A DNA stretch of 64,000 nucleotides from Deltaproteobacteria bacterium (lineage in GTDB: Bacteria > Myxococcota > Kuafuiibacteriia > Kuafuiibacteriales > Kuafuiibacteriaceae). The position numbers and the translations under genes are program-made. This document shows, in pieces, positions 31,403-40,690 of this stretch; within the stretch, counting starts at the first letter, position 1, and each line of letters starts with the position of its first letter. A model generated the notes under the pieces. It was not told the origin of the DNA. It was given only the letters and a program-made list of their open reading frames with translations, and searched no databases. The DNA lies in assembly GCA_040218735.1 (NCBI GenBank), contig JAVJQW010000042.1, positions 192,001-256,000 on the forward strand. Reading direction: 5' to 3'.

Positions 31403-31987
31403 ATGGGCCGTGTTCTCGTGGTCGTGTCCCCGCTCGTCGTCCTCCTCGCCCTCGCCGCACCCACGACCGAAGCCGAGCGCATCGTCGCCGCCGCCGAGTC
31501 CTTCCTCGGTCAGCCGTACGTCTTCGGCGGGCGCGCGGGTCGGCGTGGGTGTCGCAGCGAAGGCAAACGCGTCCGCTGCCGCGAGGGGATCGACTGCCAG
31601 TCGCTGATCTTCTTCGCGTACGAGAAGGTGCTCGGCACCCACTGGACGCGGTACTCCGTGATGCCCAGCGTCGCCGTGAAGCGCCGCCGTCTGGGGCGCC
31701 CGGTCGCAGGTCTGGACGGCGTGCTGCGCGAACGCCTCGACCCGAGCGCGCTGCGCGTCGGCGACGTCCTCTTCTTCCTCCTCGCCGAATACAACCTCGA
31801 CGCGGACCCGCCCCTGTGGACCCACGACGACGTGCGTTACGGCGTGTGGCACACCGCGCTGGTCCACAGCGTGGGGGAGGAAGTGCGCATCATCCACGCG
31901 CGTCCGGGTGATCGCGTCGTCATCCAGCCGCTCGATGTGATCGCGTTCGACGCGCTGTTCGTGCTGCGCCGCCCGGGTGTACGGTGA
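31403..31987 (+). CDS. Secreted NlpC/P60-like cysteine amidase/peptidase
   Basis: FLGQPYVFGG, GIDCQSL (Cys), GDVLFF, WHTALV (His), IIHA. Confidence 0.75.
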   Translation: MGRVLVVVSPLVVLLALAAPTTEAERIVAAAESFLGQPYVFGGRAGRRGCRSEGKRVRCREGIDCQSLIFFAYEKVLGTHWTRYSVMPSVAVKRRRLGRPVAGLDGVLRERLDPSALRVGDVLFFLLAEYNLDADPPLWTHDDVRYGVWHTALVHSVGEEVRIIHARPGDRVVIQPLDVIAFDALFVLRRPGVR

Positions 31988-32493
31988 TGCAGATGATCGC
32001 GTGGCTCGTACTCGCAGCGTCGCTCAGCGGGGCCGGTGACGTCGTGGACGTCCCCACGGACCGTTTTGTCTCGGGGTGCGCCGGCCTCGAGATGCAATCG
32101 CGGCGCAACGCACTCACCGTCGAGTGTCGCGTACGCGGTAGTGGCGTAGAGCTCGTGATCGACGACGGCGACATCGCCGGGCTCGCGCTTCGCGCGAAGC
32201 GATGGCCGACGCACATCCGTGTCGTGCTGCGCGCCTGGAGCTTCGAAAACGTGCAGGCGTACGTCGCCCCGACGAAGGGGGAGCCGCGTAGCGTTCGCCT
32301 GACGAACGGCAAGAGTGACGATCCGATCGTGAAGGGCCTCGGCCGCACGACGAAGAAGGTCGGCGAGCGGAAGATCAGCGAAGACGTCGTGATCCCCGAG
32401 CACGTCGTCACGGTGATCTTCGAGGTCGACGGTTCTGCGCTCGCGCCCGGCGACTCGGTGGGGGTCTCCTGGATCGACGCCTACCGACGCTGA
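31984..32493 (+). CDS. Hypothetical secreted protein
   Basis: Signal peptide-like N-terminus; GTGA overlap with the upstream gene. Confidence 0.6.
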   Translation: MMQMIAWLVLAASLSGAGDVVDVPTDRFVSGCAGLEMQSRRNALTVECRVRGSGVELVIDDGDIAGLALRAKRWPTHIRVVLRAWSFENVQAYVAPTKGEPRSVRLTNGKSDDPIVKGLGRTTKKVGERKISEDVVIPEHVVTVIFEVDGSALAPGDSVGVSWIDAYRR

Positions 32494-32496
32494 GCG

Positions 32497-33717
32497 CTAC
32501 GCGAGCACGGCGTCCAACGCACCGTCCGCGTCGTCCACCGTCTCTTCCAGCACTTCGAAGAACGCCGCCTGCTTCGCGCGCGCCTCGTCCGCGGCGCTTT
32601 GCGACGTCAGCAACTCGACGATCGCCTGCAGCGCCTCCTCCGGCCGCGCGACGTCCACGTGCGTCTGCATCGCCCGGTACGGGTTGTCTTCGAGGACACG
32701 CTCGATCAGGCGGAACAAACCCAGCGGCCACACGTGCCACGGGTACGGCGCGGCTTCCTCGAAGAAGCGCGCGGCCGCGTCGTCGCCGACGGGGGATGCG
32801 CCCGAGTTGTGCACCGCGCACACCGGCACCGAGAACGCCGCGGCGCGGATGTTCGTCGTCGCGATCGAGTTCGGCGAAAGCACCAGGTCCGCCGCGCCGA
32901 GGAGCCGACGGAACTGCTCGGGGGGCATCTGCGGCACGTGGCGGTACCCCGCGCGCGCTGGGAAGGGTTGGGGCCCGAGGTGGAGGACGGTGAGCGGCGT
33001 CGTCTCACGCACGATGTCGAGCCAGTCGAGTAGGAGCCCCGGCAGGTGCAAGCTGACTTGCGCTGCCTCGCGGTGGCCCGCCATCAGGTGCTGCCACGGC
33101 GACGTCGCGAGGAAGACGACCTTCCCCGTGAGTCCGAGCTCGTCCCGCACCGCGCTACGCTCCGCCTCCGAGGGGGGCGTCTCCTTCTTCATCAACGCGT
33201 ATCGCCCGCGCCCCGGCGTCGACGCGGTGGGCGCGAGGTACGGCGAAGGCATCAGTCGGCGAACTCGATCGGAGGCCTGCACGCCGAAGCGCTGACCGGG
33301 GCGCCCGAACAGATCCACATGCGGGTGGTTCTCGTCCCAGTCGTACAGGTCGAGGCCGACGACGCAGCACGACGCGGCAGCGCGTTCGAGGAACGGCGTG
33401 AGGAGGTTCGGACCCCGGCGGAAGTACCGCGCGAACTCCGGCGAAGTCAGGTAGGCGAGGAGCATGTCCGCGACGAGGAGGACGTCGGGCTTCACTTCGT
33501 CGAAGACCCGCTCCACCTCGCGCACCGCCTCGTGCCCACCCGCCGCCGGGTAGCCGTGCACCGTCGCGCCGAACCACTTCGCGGACCCCTGCGCGAGGGC
33601 GTTGACGAGGACGTGGACGTCGACTTCGCGGCGCAGGCGTCGCAACCAATCGAACGTGAGCGTCAGCTCTCCGGTGCTCGCACCGGAGCAGCCGAGCACG
33701 AGGATGCGGAGCGCCAT
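32497..33717 (-). CDS. GT-B-fold glycosyltransferase-like protein (DUF6365-like)
   Basis: N-terminal RILVL..GELT; KPDVLLVAD; C-terminal F..LLGAADLVLS.N typical of the GT-B nucleotide-binding half. Confidence 0.55.
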   Translation of the reverse strand: MALRILVLGCSGASTGELTLTFDWLRRLRREVDVHVLVNALAQGSAKWFGATVHGYPAAGGHEAVREVERVFDEVKPDVLLVADMLLAYLTSPEFARYFRRGPNLLTPFLERAAASCCVVGLDLYDWDENHPHVDLFGRPGQRFGVQASDRVRRLMPSPYLAPTASTPGRGRYALMKKETPPSEAERSAVRDELGLTGKVVFLATSPWQHLMAGHREAAQVSLHLPGLLLDWLDIVRETTPLTVLHLGPQPFPARAGYRHVPQMPPEQFRRLLGAADLVLSPNSIATTNIRAAAFSVPVCAVHNSGASPVGDDAAARFFEEAAPYPWHVWPLGLFRLIERVLEDNPYRAMQTHVDVARPEEALQAIVELLTSQSAADEARAKQAAFFEVLEETVDDADGALDAVLA

Positions 33718-33773
33718 CGGGCGGAGCCTAGCGCGAGTTGAGCCCGCGCGAGGACCGTGACAAACACAAATGC

Positions 33774-34874
33774 GTGACGAAGCTCTACGTTCTCGAGCAG
33801 GGGCGTCGAATCGAAGTCTTCGACGATCCCGTCGCCGATGCGCTCGTCCTTGGGCGCAGGCTGTCTTCCTGGCAGGCGTACGCCGCGTCGAACGCGGGGC
33901 TCGAGCTGGAGCGTGTCACCTCGCTCGACGGGCTCGCGCCGCCGTACTTCGTGATGGACGAGGACGTTCACGTCACGACGCGCTACCTGACGGACTTCGT
34001 GGCGGCGGCGGAGCGGGCAGGCAAGAACGCGATCGCGGGCATCGCTTCGAACCCGGTGATCGACGGTGTCGCCAACGCGCACCCGCGCGCGCAGCGGGTG
34101 CCGGGCGGGGTGACGTACGCGCTGCGGTACGTGACGAACGACGACGCACCGACGCCGATCCTGCTGGCGATGGACGACCTGCAGTACTCGGCCACGCGCC
34201 TGCCCGCGGCTATTCAGACGAACAACCCGGTTTACTTCTGCGAGAGCACGCGCGCGCTCCTTCAGATCGGATCGCCGCTGCACGTCTACCAGGCCAACAT
34301 GCACCAGAACTTGGAGCGTGCCTCGGGGCTGCTCGACGGCAGCAACGACATCGGCAAGAACTGCGACATCCACCCGACCGCCTACCTGGAGGGGTGCACC
34401 GTGGGGGATGGCGCGACGATCGGTGCGCATGCTGTCTTGCGGTGGTCCGACATCGGGGAGCGCGCGCACGTCTACGACAGCGTGAACATGCTGCGGGGCG
34501 TGATCGGCGAGGGCACGACCGTTCACCTGCAGCACCGCGTCGTACACGCGGTGACCTATCCGGAGTGTTTCATCATCTCCGGCGCGCTCCAGTTCTCGAT
34601 CATGGGTCGGGCGTCCGCGATCTTCGCGGCCTGGATCACCGACGCTCGGATGGACGAGAAGTCGGTACGCACGGTCGTCGACGGGCAGGTCGTCGACAGC
34701 GGGATGCGCTTCCTCGGCGCCCTCGTAGGACACGGTGCGAAGGTCACCGCCGGCGTGGTCACGGCGCCGGGGCGCGTGGTCCCGAGTGGTGCGACCATCC
34801 ACCCGAGTGGTCAGGACGTCTACACGGGCTGGCCCGCCGGGGCCGACGTCAACACCCCGTTCTTCTTGGGTTGA
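33774..34874 (+). CDS. Left-handed beta-helix (hexapeptide) protein, GlmU-C/acyltransferase-like
   Basis: IGKNCDIHPTAYLEGCTVGDGATIGAHAVL; FLGALVGHGAKV.AGV...PGRVVP. Confidence 0.7.
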   Translation: MTKLYVLEQGRRIEVFDDPVADALVLGRRLSSWQAYAASNAGLELERVTSLDGLAPPYFVMDEDVHVTTRYLTDFVAAAERAGKNAIAGIASNPVIDGVANAHPRAQRVPGGVTYALRYVTNDDAPTPILLAMDDLQYSATRLPAAIQTNNPVYFCESTRALLQIGSPLHVYQANMHQNLERASGLLDGSNDIGKNCDIHPTAYLEGCTVGDGATIGAHAVLRWSDIGERAHVYDSVNMLRGVIGEGTTVHLQHRVVHAVTYPECFIISGALQFSIMGRASAIFAAWITDARMDEKSVRTVVDGQVVDSGMRFLGALVGHGAKVTAGVVTAPGRVVPSGATIHPSGQDVYTGWPAGADVNTPFFLG

Positions 34875-34951
34875 ATCCTAAGTTGAGACCAAACCGGTAT
34901 TCTTTCTCAGAAACTGCTCGATTCTGAGACACGGGCGCCGATGGGTTTCAC

Positions 34952-36328
34952 ATGGCGCTTGGGGATCTCACCATCGTTGGCGGAAACGCGGCGTGCCTGG
35001 TGGCCGCGCACGAGAGTGCTCTCGCGGGGGCGCGCGTGAAGCTCCTGCTCCCATCGGCGGGGCTCCACCCGGCGACGGTCACCGGTCGTCGCGTCGACAC
35101 GGGGCCGCGCTATGTCGCGGTGCGCAAGAACGAGCTCCTGGATCCGGTGGAGCGTGCGTTGGCGCGCGTGGGGGCGTCGTCGCAGCACGTCGAGCGGTTC
35201 GTGACGCAGACGCTGGAGGTGCCGCTCGTCGAGACGCCGGCGCCGCAGATGATGTTCCGGGGCCACCGTTGTCCGGACCTCTTCGCGACGAACGATCCCG
35301 CGGCGCTCGCGGCGCTCCTCACCGTCGAGGAGGTCGCGTGTATGCGCGACGAGCTCGCTTCGCGAACGTGGCGTCCGACCGGAACGATCGAGCAGGCGTC
35401 GCTGTACAACCACGGCGACACCTTCACGCGGCTCTTCGTCGAGCCGCGCGCCGAGAAGGTCTACCCCGCGTCGTGGCGCATCGTGGACGTGCGCGATCGT
35501 CGCCGCCTCGACCTCCCGCTGATCGACCCCGTCGTCCTGCGCGCGGCGCTCTACGGCTACTCACCGGTGCTGCCCACCATCCCGACGTACTACTATCCGG
35601 AGTGCGGCAACTTCTCGGTGATCGCGGAGCGTCTCTACGAGCTCGTGCTCCGCAACCCATCGATCGAGGTCCATGAGTTTTCGAGGATCGAGGGGCTCGA
35701 CGATTCTCGAACGAACCTCGTCACCGATCACGGTGACCACGCGATCGAAGGCCCGCTCGTCCTCGGCGTCTCGATCGATCAACTCTCGCCGCTCGCGCGC
35801 CTGTCGGACATCTGCGACCTACAGCGCTTCGACGTGGCGTGGTTCGAAGTCGAACGCGACGCGGTCTCTCCCGCCGCGTACGTCAACCTGATGGACGCGA
35901 ACCACGACGCGTTCCGGGCGAGCTTCGGCGGGCGAACCGACGACCCCGCGAAGACGATCCTCTGCCTGGAGCTCGCCGCTGGCGGCGACGCGGAAGCAGC
36001 CCTGACGGCGTCCGAGCTGGTCGCGCCGGGCTCGAGCGTCGAGCGCATCGGCCGTCTGTCGAGCGTCGCGCGCATCGCTCCGTCGGTGCGCAACCGCCGC
36101 CTCGTCGACTGGGCGAAGCGTCGCCTCGCGGACCTCGACCCGATCTACGTCGGGCTGCTCCACGACTTCTCGGACGGCACGATGACCGAACACCTGCGCC
36201 AAGGCCTTCGCGCCGCGCTCATGGTGAAGAGCCGCCTCGAAGCGAACCGCACCCTCGAGTCCGACCTCCTCCCGAGCGTGCCGCTGTCCGCCTTCGGCGC
36301 CGAGACGCCGATGCCTTCGTACAACTAA
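34952..36328 (+). CDS. FAD/NAD(P)-binding oxidoreductase-like protein (protoporphyrinogen oxidase / UDP-Gal mutase-like fold)
   Basis: Degenerate dinucleotide motif LTIVGGNAAC; VDTGP; YYYPECG.F..IAE.L. Confidence 0.5.
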   Translation: MALGDLTIVGGNAACLVAAHESALAGARVKLLLPSAGLHPATVTGRRVDTGPRYVAVRKNELLDPVERALARVGASSQHVERFVTQTLEVPLVETPAPQMMFRGHRCPDLFATNDPAALAALLTVEEVACMRDELASRTWRPTGTIEQASLYNHGDTFTRLFVEPRAEKVYPASWRIVDVRDRRRLDLPLIDPVVLRAALYGYSPVLPTIPTYYYPECGNFSVIAERLYELVLRNPSIEVHEFSRIEGLDDSRTNLVTDHGDHAIEGPLVLGVSIDQLSPLARLSDICDLQRFDVAWFEVERDAVSPAAYVNLMDANHDAFRASFGGRTDDPAKTILCLELAAGGDAEAALTASELVAPGSSVERIGRLSSVARIAPSVRNRRLVDWAKRRLADLDPIYVGLLHDFSDGTMTEHLRQGLRAALMVKSRLEANRTLESDLLPSVPLSAFGAETPMPSYN

Positions 36329-37095
36329 GTCCCGAACACCAAGCCGCGCTCCGCGAGGAGACGCATCGTCGATGCCAACCCCTCGGGGGTGCCCACGTCC
36401 CGGAACACGCCGTCTTCCAGCTCGAGCGCGGTGACGCCGAAGCCGGCGACGCGGGCGGCTTCCATCGCGTCGCTGAGGATGCCGGGGGCGTCGCCTCGGT
36501 TTTCGTCCCAGTCCGCGCAGAACTTCGTGAAGCGCGCCGACCACGACAGCACCCCCCACGTGTTCCGCACCGGGGCGACCTTCGGTTTGTCGTGAATGCG
36601 CACGACCGCGCCGTCGACGATCTCGACCGGGGCGAGTCGCTCCGGCTCCTCCGTCGGGAAGACGCCGAGCGCGAGATCCGCGCCGGCGGCGACGCGGTGT
36701 TCGTGAAGGCGTTTGAGCGCGTCGGTCGGGAAGATGACGGTGTCGGGGAGCGCGAACAACACGTCGGCGTCGCCGAGCCAGCGCGCCGCGGTGCGGACGA
36801 CGTGGGTGAGCCCGAGCGGTTCGCGCTGCACGACGTAGGCGATCGGCACGCCGACATCCTCGCCGTCGCCGAGCACGCGGACCAGCTCTCCTTTACCGTC
36901 CGAGATGACGACGAAGCAGCGCTCCGCGTTGGCGACGCGGAGCGCGTCCAGCGAGAAGCGACACACCGGCGCGGGGAGCGCGCGGTCCGGATCGCCGTCC
37001 TCCTTCAAGAGCAGCGGGAACAACTCCTTCGGGGACCGGTAGGGGCGCAGCCGCATCGCCTGACCGGCGGCGGGGAGCAGGCCGACGACGCTCAC
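36325..37095 (-). CDS. Sugar-phosphate nucleotidyltransferase (RmlA-like)
   Basis: LLPAAGQAMRLRP..PKELFP, YVVQREPLGL, IHDKP, FRDVGTPE; GTGA overlap with the TylF-like gene. Confidence 0.85.
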   Translation of the reverse strand: MSVVGLLPAAGQAMRLRPYRSPKELFPLLLKEDGDPDRALPAPVCRFSLDALRVANAERCFVVISDGKGELVRVLGDGEDVGVPIAYVVQREPLGLTHVVRTAARWLGDADVLFALPDTVIFPTDALKRLHEHRVAAGADLALGVFPTEEPERLAPVEIVDGAVVRIHDKPKVAPVRNTWGVLSWSARFTKFCADWDENRGDAPGILSDAMEAARVAGFGVTALELEDGVFRDVGTPEGLASTMRLLAERGLVFGT

Positions 37096-37862
37096 CGGTC
37101 CCCTCCCTTGCGCCAGTACACACACTGTCCGTCGACGACGTGGATCGGCGCGTCAATCTGCCTTGCACCGCGGAACTCGTCGATCGCTTGGCGGCAGTAG
37201 GTCCAGTCGTCCTCGCCGTAGTCGTCGACGATGATGAAGCCGCCGTCCGTGACCTTGTCGTAGAGCGCGAGGAGCGGGTCGCGCGTCGACTCGTAGTAGT
37301 CGCCGTCGAGGCGGAGCACGGCGATCTGTTCGATCGGCGCGTCGGGGAGGGTGTCCTTGAACCACCCCTTCAGGAACTTCACGCGGTCGTCGAGGAGCCC
37401 GTAGCTCGCGAAGTTCTTCTGAACGTCCTCGAGCGACACGGCGAGGTTGTCGAGCGGACCGGACAGGAGCGGTCCATCGTGCGCGGCGGCCTCCTTCGGA
37501 TAGAGCGTCGGGTCGGGGCGTGGCAGGCCTTCGAACGAATCAGCCGCCCACACGACGCGTTCTTCGTCGCCGAGCACGTCGAGCATCGCGCGCATGTAGA
37601 TCGTGACGCCGCCGCGCCACACGCCGGTCTCCACGAGGTCGCCCGCGATGCCGTCGCCGAGCGCGGCGCGTACGCAGTGGTCGACGTTGTCGAGCCGCGC
37701 GAGCGGCACACACGTGTGCGGGTACGGATTCGCGAAGTAGTGGCCGATGAACTGCTCGAGGTACTTCTCGACGGGCACGCCGGAGCGCGCGGGCTCCTCG
37801 GCGTAGATCGTCCCGGTGAGCGTTCGTTTCAGAAGATCGAGATACCGCCGCCCGAGGTCCAC
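37092..37862 (-). CDS. TylF/MycF/NovP-family O-methyltransferase
   Basis: GDLVETGVWRGG, ADSFEGLP, FLKGWFKDTLP, LRLDGDYYEST, GGFIIVDDY. Confidence 0.93.
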   Translation of the reverse strand: MDLGRRYLDLLKRTLTGTIYAEEPARSGVPVEKYLEQFIGHYFANPYPHTCVPLARLDNVDHCVRAALGDGIAGDLVETGVWRGGVTIYMRAMLDVLGDEERVVWAADSFEGLPRPDPTLYPKEAAAHDGPLLSGPLDNLAVSLEDVQKNFASYGLLDDRVKFLKGWFKDTLPDAPIEQIAVLRLDGDYYESTRDPLLALYDKVTDGGFIIVDDYGEDDWTYCRQAIDEFRGARQIDAPIHVVDGQCVYWRKGGDR

Positions 37863-37899
37863 GGGCCAAACGTTACCGCAACCCCCGGTGCGTGCGCGC

Positions 37900-38310
37900 G
37901 GTGCCAGTCAGGATGTAAGCCGAGTTCTGTGCGCCCCCGAAGGGGCACCGCGACCATTCTTCTAGGCGCGCCGTTACCGACGCGCTCCAGCGGTCATACC
38001 CGGACCCCCAGACGGGCCGCCTGGTGCGCGGTCGAGCCGCGCCTGGGTCCCTATTCGACCTTGCTCCGGGTGGGGTTTACCGTGCCGCCCGTGTCACCAC
38101 GCGCGCGGTGCGCTCTTACCGCACCGGTTCGCCCTGACCTCGTCCCCGCCCCGAGGGGCGGCTGAGAGGCGGTCTGTTTTCTGTGGCACTGTCCTGCAAG
38201 TCACCTCGACTGGCCGTTGACCAGCACCCTTGCCCTACGGAGCTCGGACTTTCCTCCCGCGCCGCGGACCGAAGCCCGTGACGCCGGCGGCCGCGCACCT
38301 GACTGGCACC
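37900..38310 (-). ncRNA. rnpB: RNase P RNA (bacterial type A)
   Basis: Minus strand GAGGAAAGTCCGAGCTC, AGTGCCACAGAAAACAGACCGCC, GGTAAGAGCGCACC, GGTAAACCCCACCCGGAGCAAGG, ACAGAACTCGGCTTAC; terminal P1 GGTGCCAGTCAGG/CCTGACTGGCACC. Confidence 0.96.
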
Positions 38311-38381
38311 GCGAGCACGCCGTTTGGATCTACGCGGCTTTTCTCGGCACGTCCACGGGGTTTTGCGTAGTCTTCGCTCCG

Positions 38382-39662
38382 ATGCGAACGGCGCTCCTGC
38401 TCGCGGCTCTCCTCGTCCCGTCGACGGCGCTCGCGGACCAGATCGTGGTGCCGCAGGTCGCGACCAGCGGCGTCGACGAAGACATCGCCACGCTCGTCAC
38501 CGAGCTGATCCTCGAGGCGCTCCTCAACCGCCACGGCGTGAAGGCGCTCGGGCCGTCCGACGTGAAGGACATGCTGAATCTCGAACAGCAGAAGATGCTG
38601 ATGGGCTGCGATCAGAACAGCTGCATGGCGGAGCTCGCCGGTGCGATGGGGGCGAAGCGCGTCGTCGCCGGCCGCGTCGGGCGGCTCGGTTCGCTCTTCG
38701 TCGTGACGCTCAAGCTCGTCGACACCACGTCGGCGCAGATCATCGCGCGCGCGTCGCGCCGCTTCGACAAGGTGGAGCGCGTCCCGGAGGCGGTGGGGCC
38801 GCTCGTCGACGATCTCCTCCAGTCGAAGCCGCGCACCCAAACGACGGCGCCGATCCTGGAGACGTCCGCGCCGCGCGAGAAGAAGGAGACGATGCACGTC
38901 CGCGAGCTGTGCAAGGCGGCGGAGAAGTACGCGGAGCGCCTGCGCAAACAGGCGTGGGATCGAGCGCGCGTGCAGGAGCGCACCGCGATGCTCGAGGATC
39001 TGCTCTACACGCCGTTCCTCAAGGAGTTCGACGAGAAGGTCGGGTGCGTGAACAGCTGGGGCGGGCGCGTGCGTTCGGACCTGTTCCGCGATCTCTATCG
39101 TTCGACCACCGAGAAGGACGCCGACGATCGCCGTCGTCGCTTGCTCGAGTGGATCGAGATGGAGCGCGTCGTGCCGCTGCTCGTCGAGGCGTACCACGTG
39201 GGTTTCGAGAAGGAGAAACACGGCGCGGGTCGCCGCCCGGCGAAGCTGCCGTTCCGCATCGAGACCCGCGAACCGGATCGCCCCGCCGACACGGAGGAGG
39301 TGCGGCGCTTCATCGACGACTACGCGTCGGCGCAGCAGGTGCTCGGCCAGGCGTTGGCGGCCGGCAAGAAGAAGAAGCAAAAGTCGTTCGAGGGGCTGTG
39401 GACGCCGGAGGATCCGAACAACTCGCGGACCTCGCTGAAGTACGTCTTCGACTCGGTCTCGAACTACTGGAAGAACGGCTACGCGGTCGACCTGTGCCCG
39501 CTGTTCATCCTCGCCGCGTCGGAGATCGAGGACTCCGCGAAGGACTACGCCAAGGACGGCAAGCTCGACGCGTGTTTCCGCCGCCAGAAGGGCACGTACG
39601 TGACGCGTGATCGCGTCGCGATGAAGAAGGTCGGCTCGAAGTGGCGCGTGGACCGCTGGTAG
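38382..39662 (+). CDS. Secreted protein with N-terminal TolB-N/CsgG-like domain
   Basis: Signal peptide; LMGCDQNSCMAELAGAMGA..VVAGRVGRLG..VTLKLVD, a common myxobacterial module. Confidence 0.7.
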   Translation: MRTALLLAALLVPSTALADQIVVPQVATSGVDEDIATLVTELILEALLNRHGVKALGPSDVKDMLNLEQQKMLMGCDQNSCMAELAGAMGAKRVVAGRVGRLGSLFVVTLKLVDTTSAQIIARASRRFDKVERVPEAVGPLVDDLLQSKPRTQTTAPILETSAPREKKETMHVRELCKAAEKYAERLRKQAWDRARVQERTAMLEDLLYTPFLKEFDEKVGCVNSWGGRVRSDLFRDLYRSTTEKDADDRRRRLLEWIEMERVVPLLVEAYHVGFEKEKHGAGRRPAKLPFRIETREPDRPADTEEVRRFIDDYASAQQVLGQALAAGKKKKQKSFEGLWTPEDPNNSRTSLKYVFDSVSNYWKNGYAVDLCPLFILAASEIEDSAKDYAKDGKLDACFRRQKGTYVTRDRVAMKKVGSKWRVDRW

Positions 39663-39696
39663 CTACCCTCGGATCTGGGCTGCGCAACGGCGCCCG

Positions 39697-40656
39697 CTAA
39701 CTCACGCGCTCCGTCGCGTAGGCCACGAGCTTCTGCCCGTCCACGTAGAACTTCCGGATGCCCTCGGCGAGCTTCTCGACGGCCATCGCGTCCTCGTTGT
39801 GCATCCAGCGGTACGTCTGCTCGTTCATGTCGATCCGCGCGACGTCGTCCGCCTTGGCCTTCTCCACCGTGAGTCGTGGCTCGAGCGTACCCTCGGTCGA
39901 CTTCAGCTCTTCGAGGAGGTTCGGGCTGATCGTGAGGAGGTCGCAGCCGGTGAGCTGGGTGATCTGCCCGGCCTTGCGGAAGCTCGCGCCCATCACCTCG
40001 GTCTTGAAGTCGTACTTCTTGAAGTACGTGTAGATGCGCTCCACCGACGCGACGCCCGGGTCGTCCTCGATCGCGATGTCGTCGACGCCCTGGTCCTTCT
40101 TGAACCAGTCGTAGATGCGCCCGACGAACGGCGAGATCAGCGTGACGCGCGCCTCCGCGCACGCAACGGCCTGCGCGAAGCTGAACAGCAGCGTGAGGTT
40201 GGTGTGGATGCCTTCCTTCTCGAGCTGCTCCGCGGCGCGGATGCCTTCCCACGTGGCGCCGACCTTGATGAGGATGCGCTCGCGATCGATCCCCTCCTTC
40301 TCGTACAGGCCGATCAGGTGGCGCGCCTTGTCGATCGTGCGCGACGTGTCGAACGACAGACGCGCGTCGACCTCCGTCGAGACGCGGCCCGGAATGATGT
40401 CGAGGATGCGCCGCCCGAAGTTGACGAAGAGTTTGTCGACGAACGCGTCGGCGCGCGCGGCGACCGCGCCGCTGTCCTTCTTGCCGAACGCGAGCGCGTC
40501 CTCCACGAGGTCCTTGTAGCTGTCGTCTTGGCTCGCCTTGAGGAGCAGCGACGGGTTCGTCGTCGCGTCGCGCGGGGTGTACTGGGCGATGGCGTCGATG
40601 TCGCCGGTGTCGGCGACGATGATCGAGTGCTGCTTCAGGGCGTCGAGGAGGCTCAT
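39697..40656 (-). CDS. tal: Transaldolase
   Basis: [54 protein letters not shown]. Confidence 0.96.
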   Translation of the reverse strand: MSLLDALKQHSIIVADTGDIDAIAQYTPRDATTNPSLLLKASQDDSYKDLVEDALAFGKKDSGAVAARADAFVDKLFVNFGRRILDIIPGRVSTEVDARLSFDTSRTIDKARHLIGLYEKEGIDRERILIKVGATWEGIRAAEQLEKEGIHTNLTLLFSFAQAVACAEARVTLISPFVGRIYDWFKKDQGVDDIAIEDDPGVASVERIYTYFKKYDFKTEVMGASFRKAGQITQLTGCDLLTISPNLLEELKSTEGTLEPRLTVEKAKADDVARIDMNEQTYRWMHNEDAMAVEKLAEGIRKFYVDGQKLVAYATERVS

Positions 40657-40690
40657 GACCGCCGAGCCTACAACCCGCGCCTCGGGGAGG

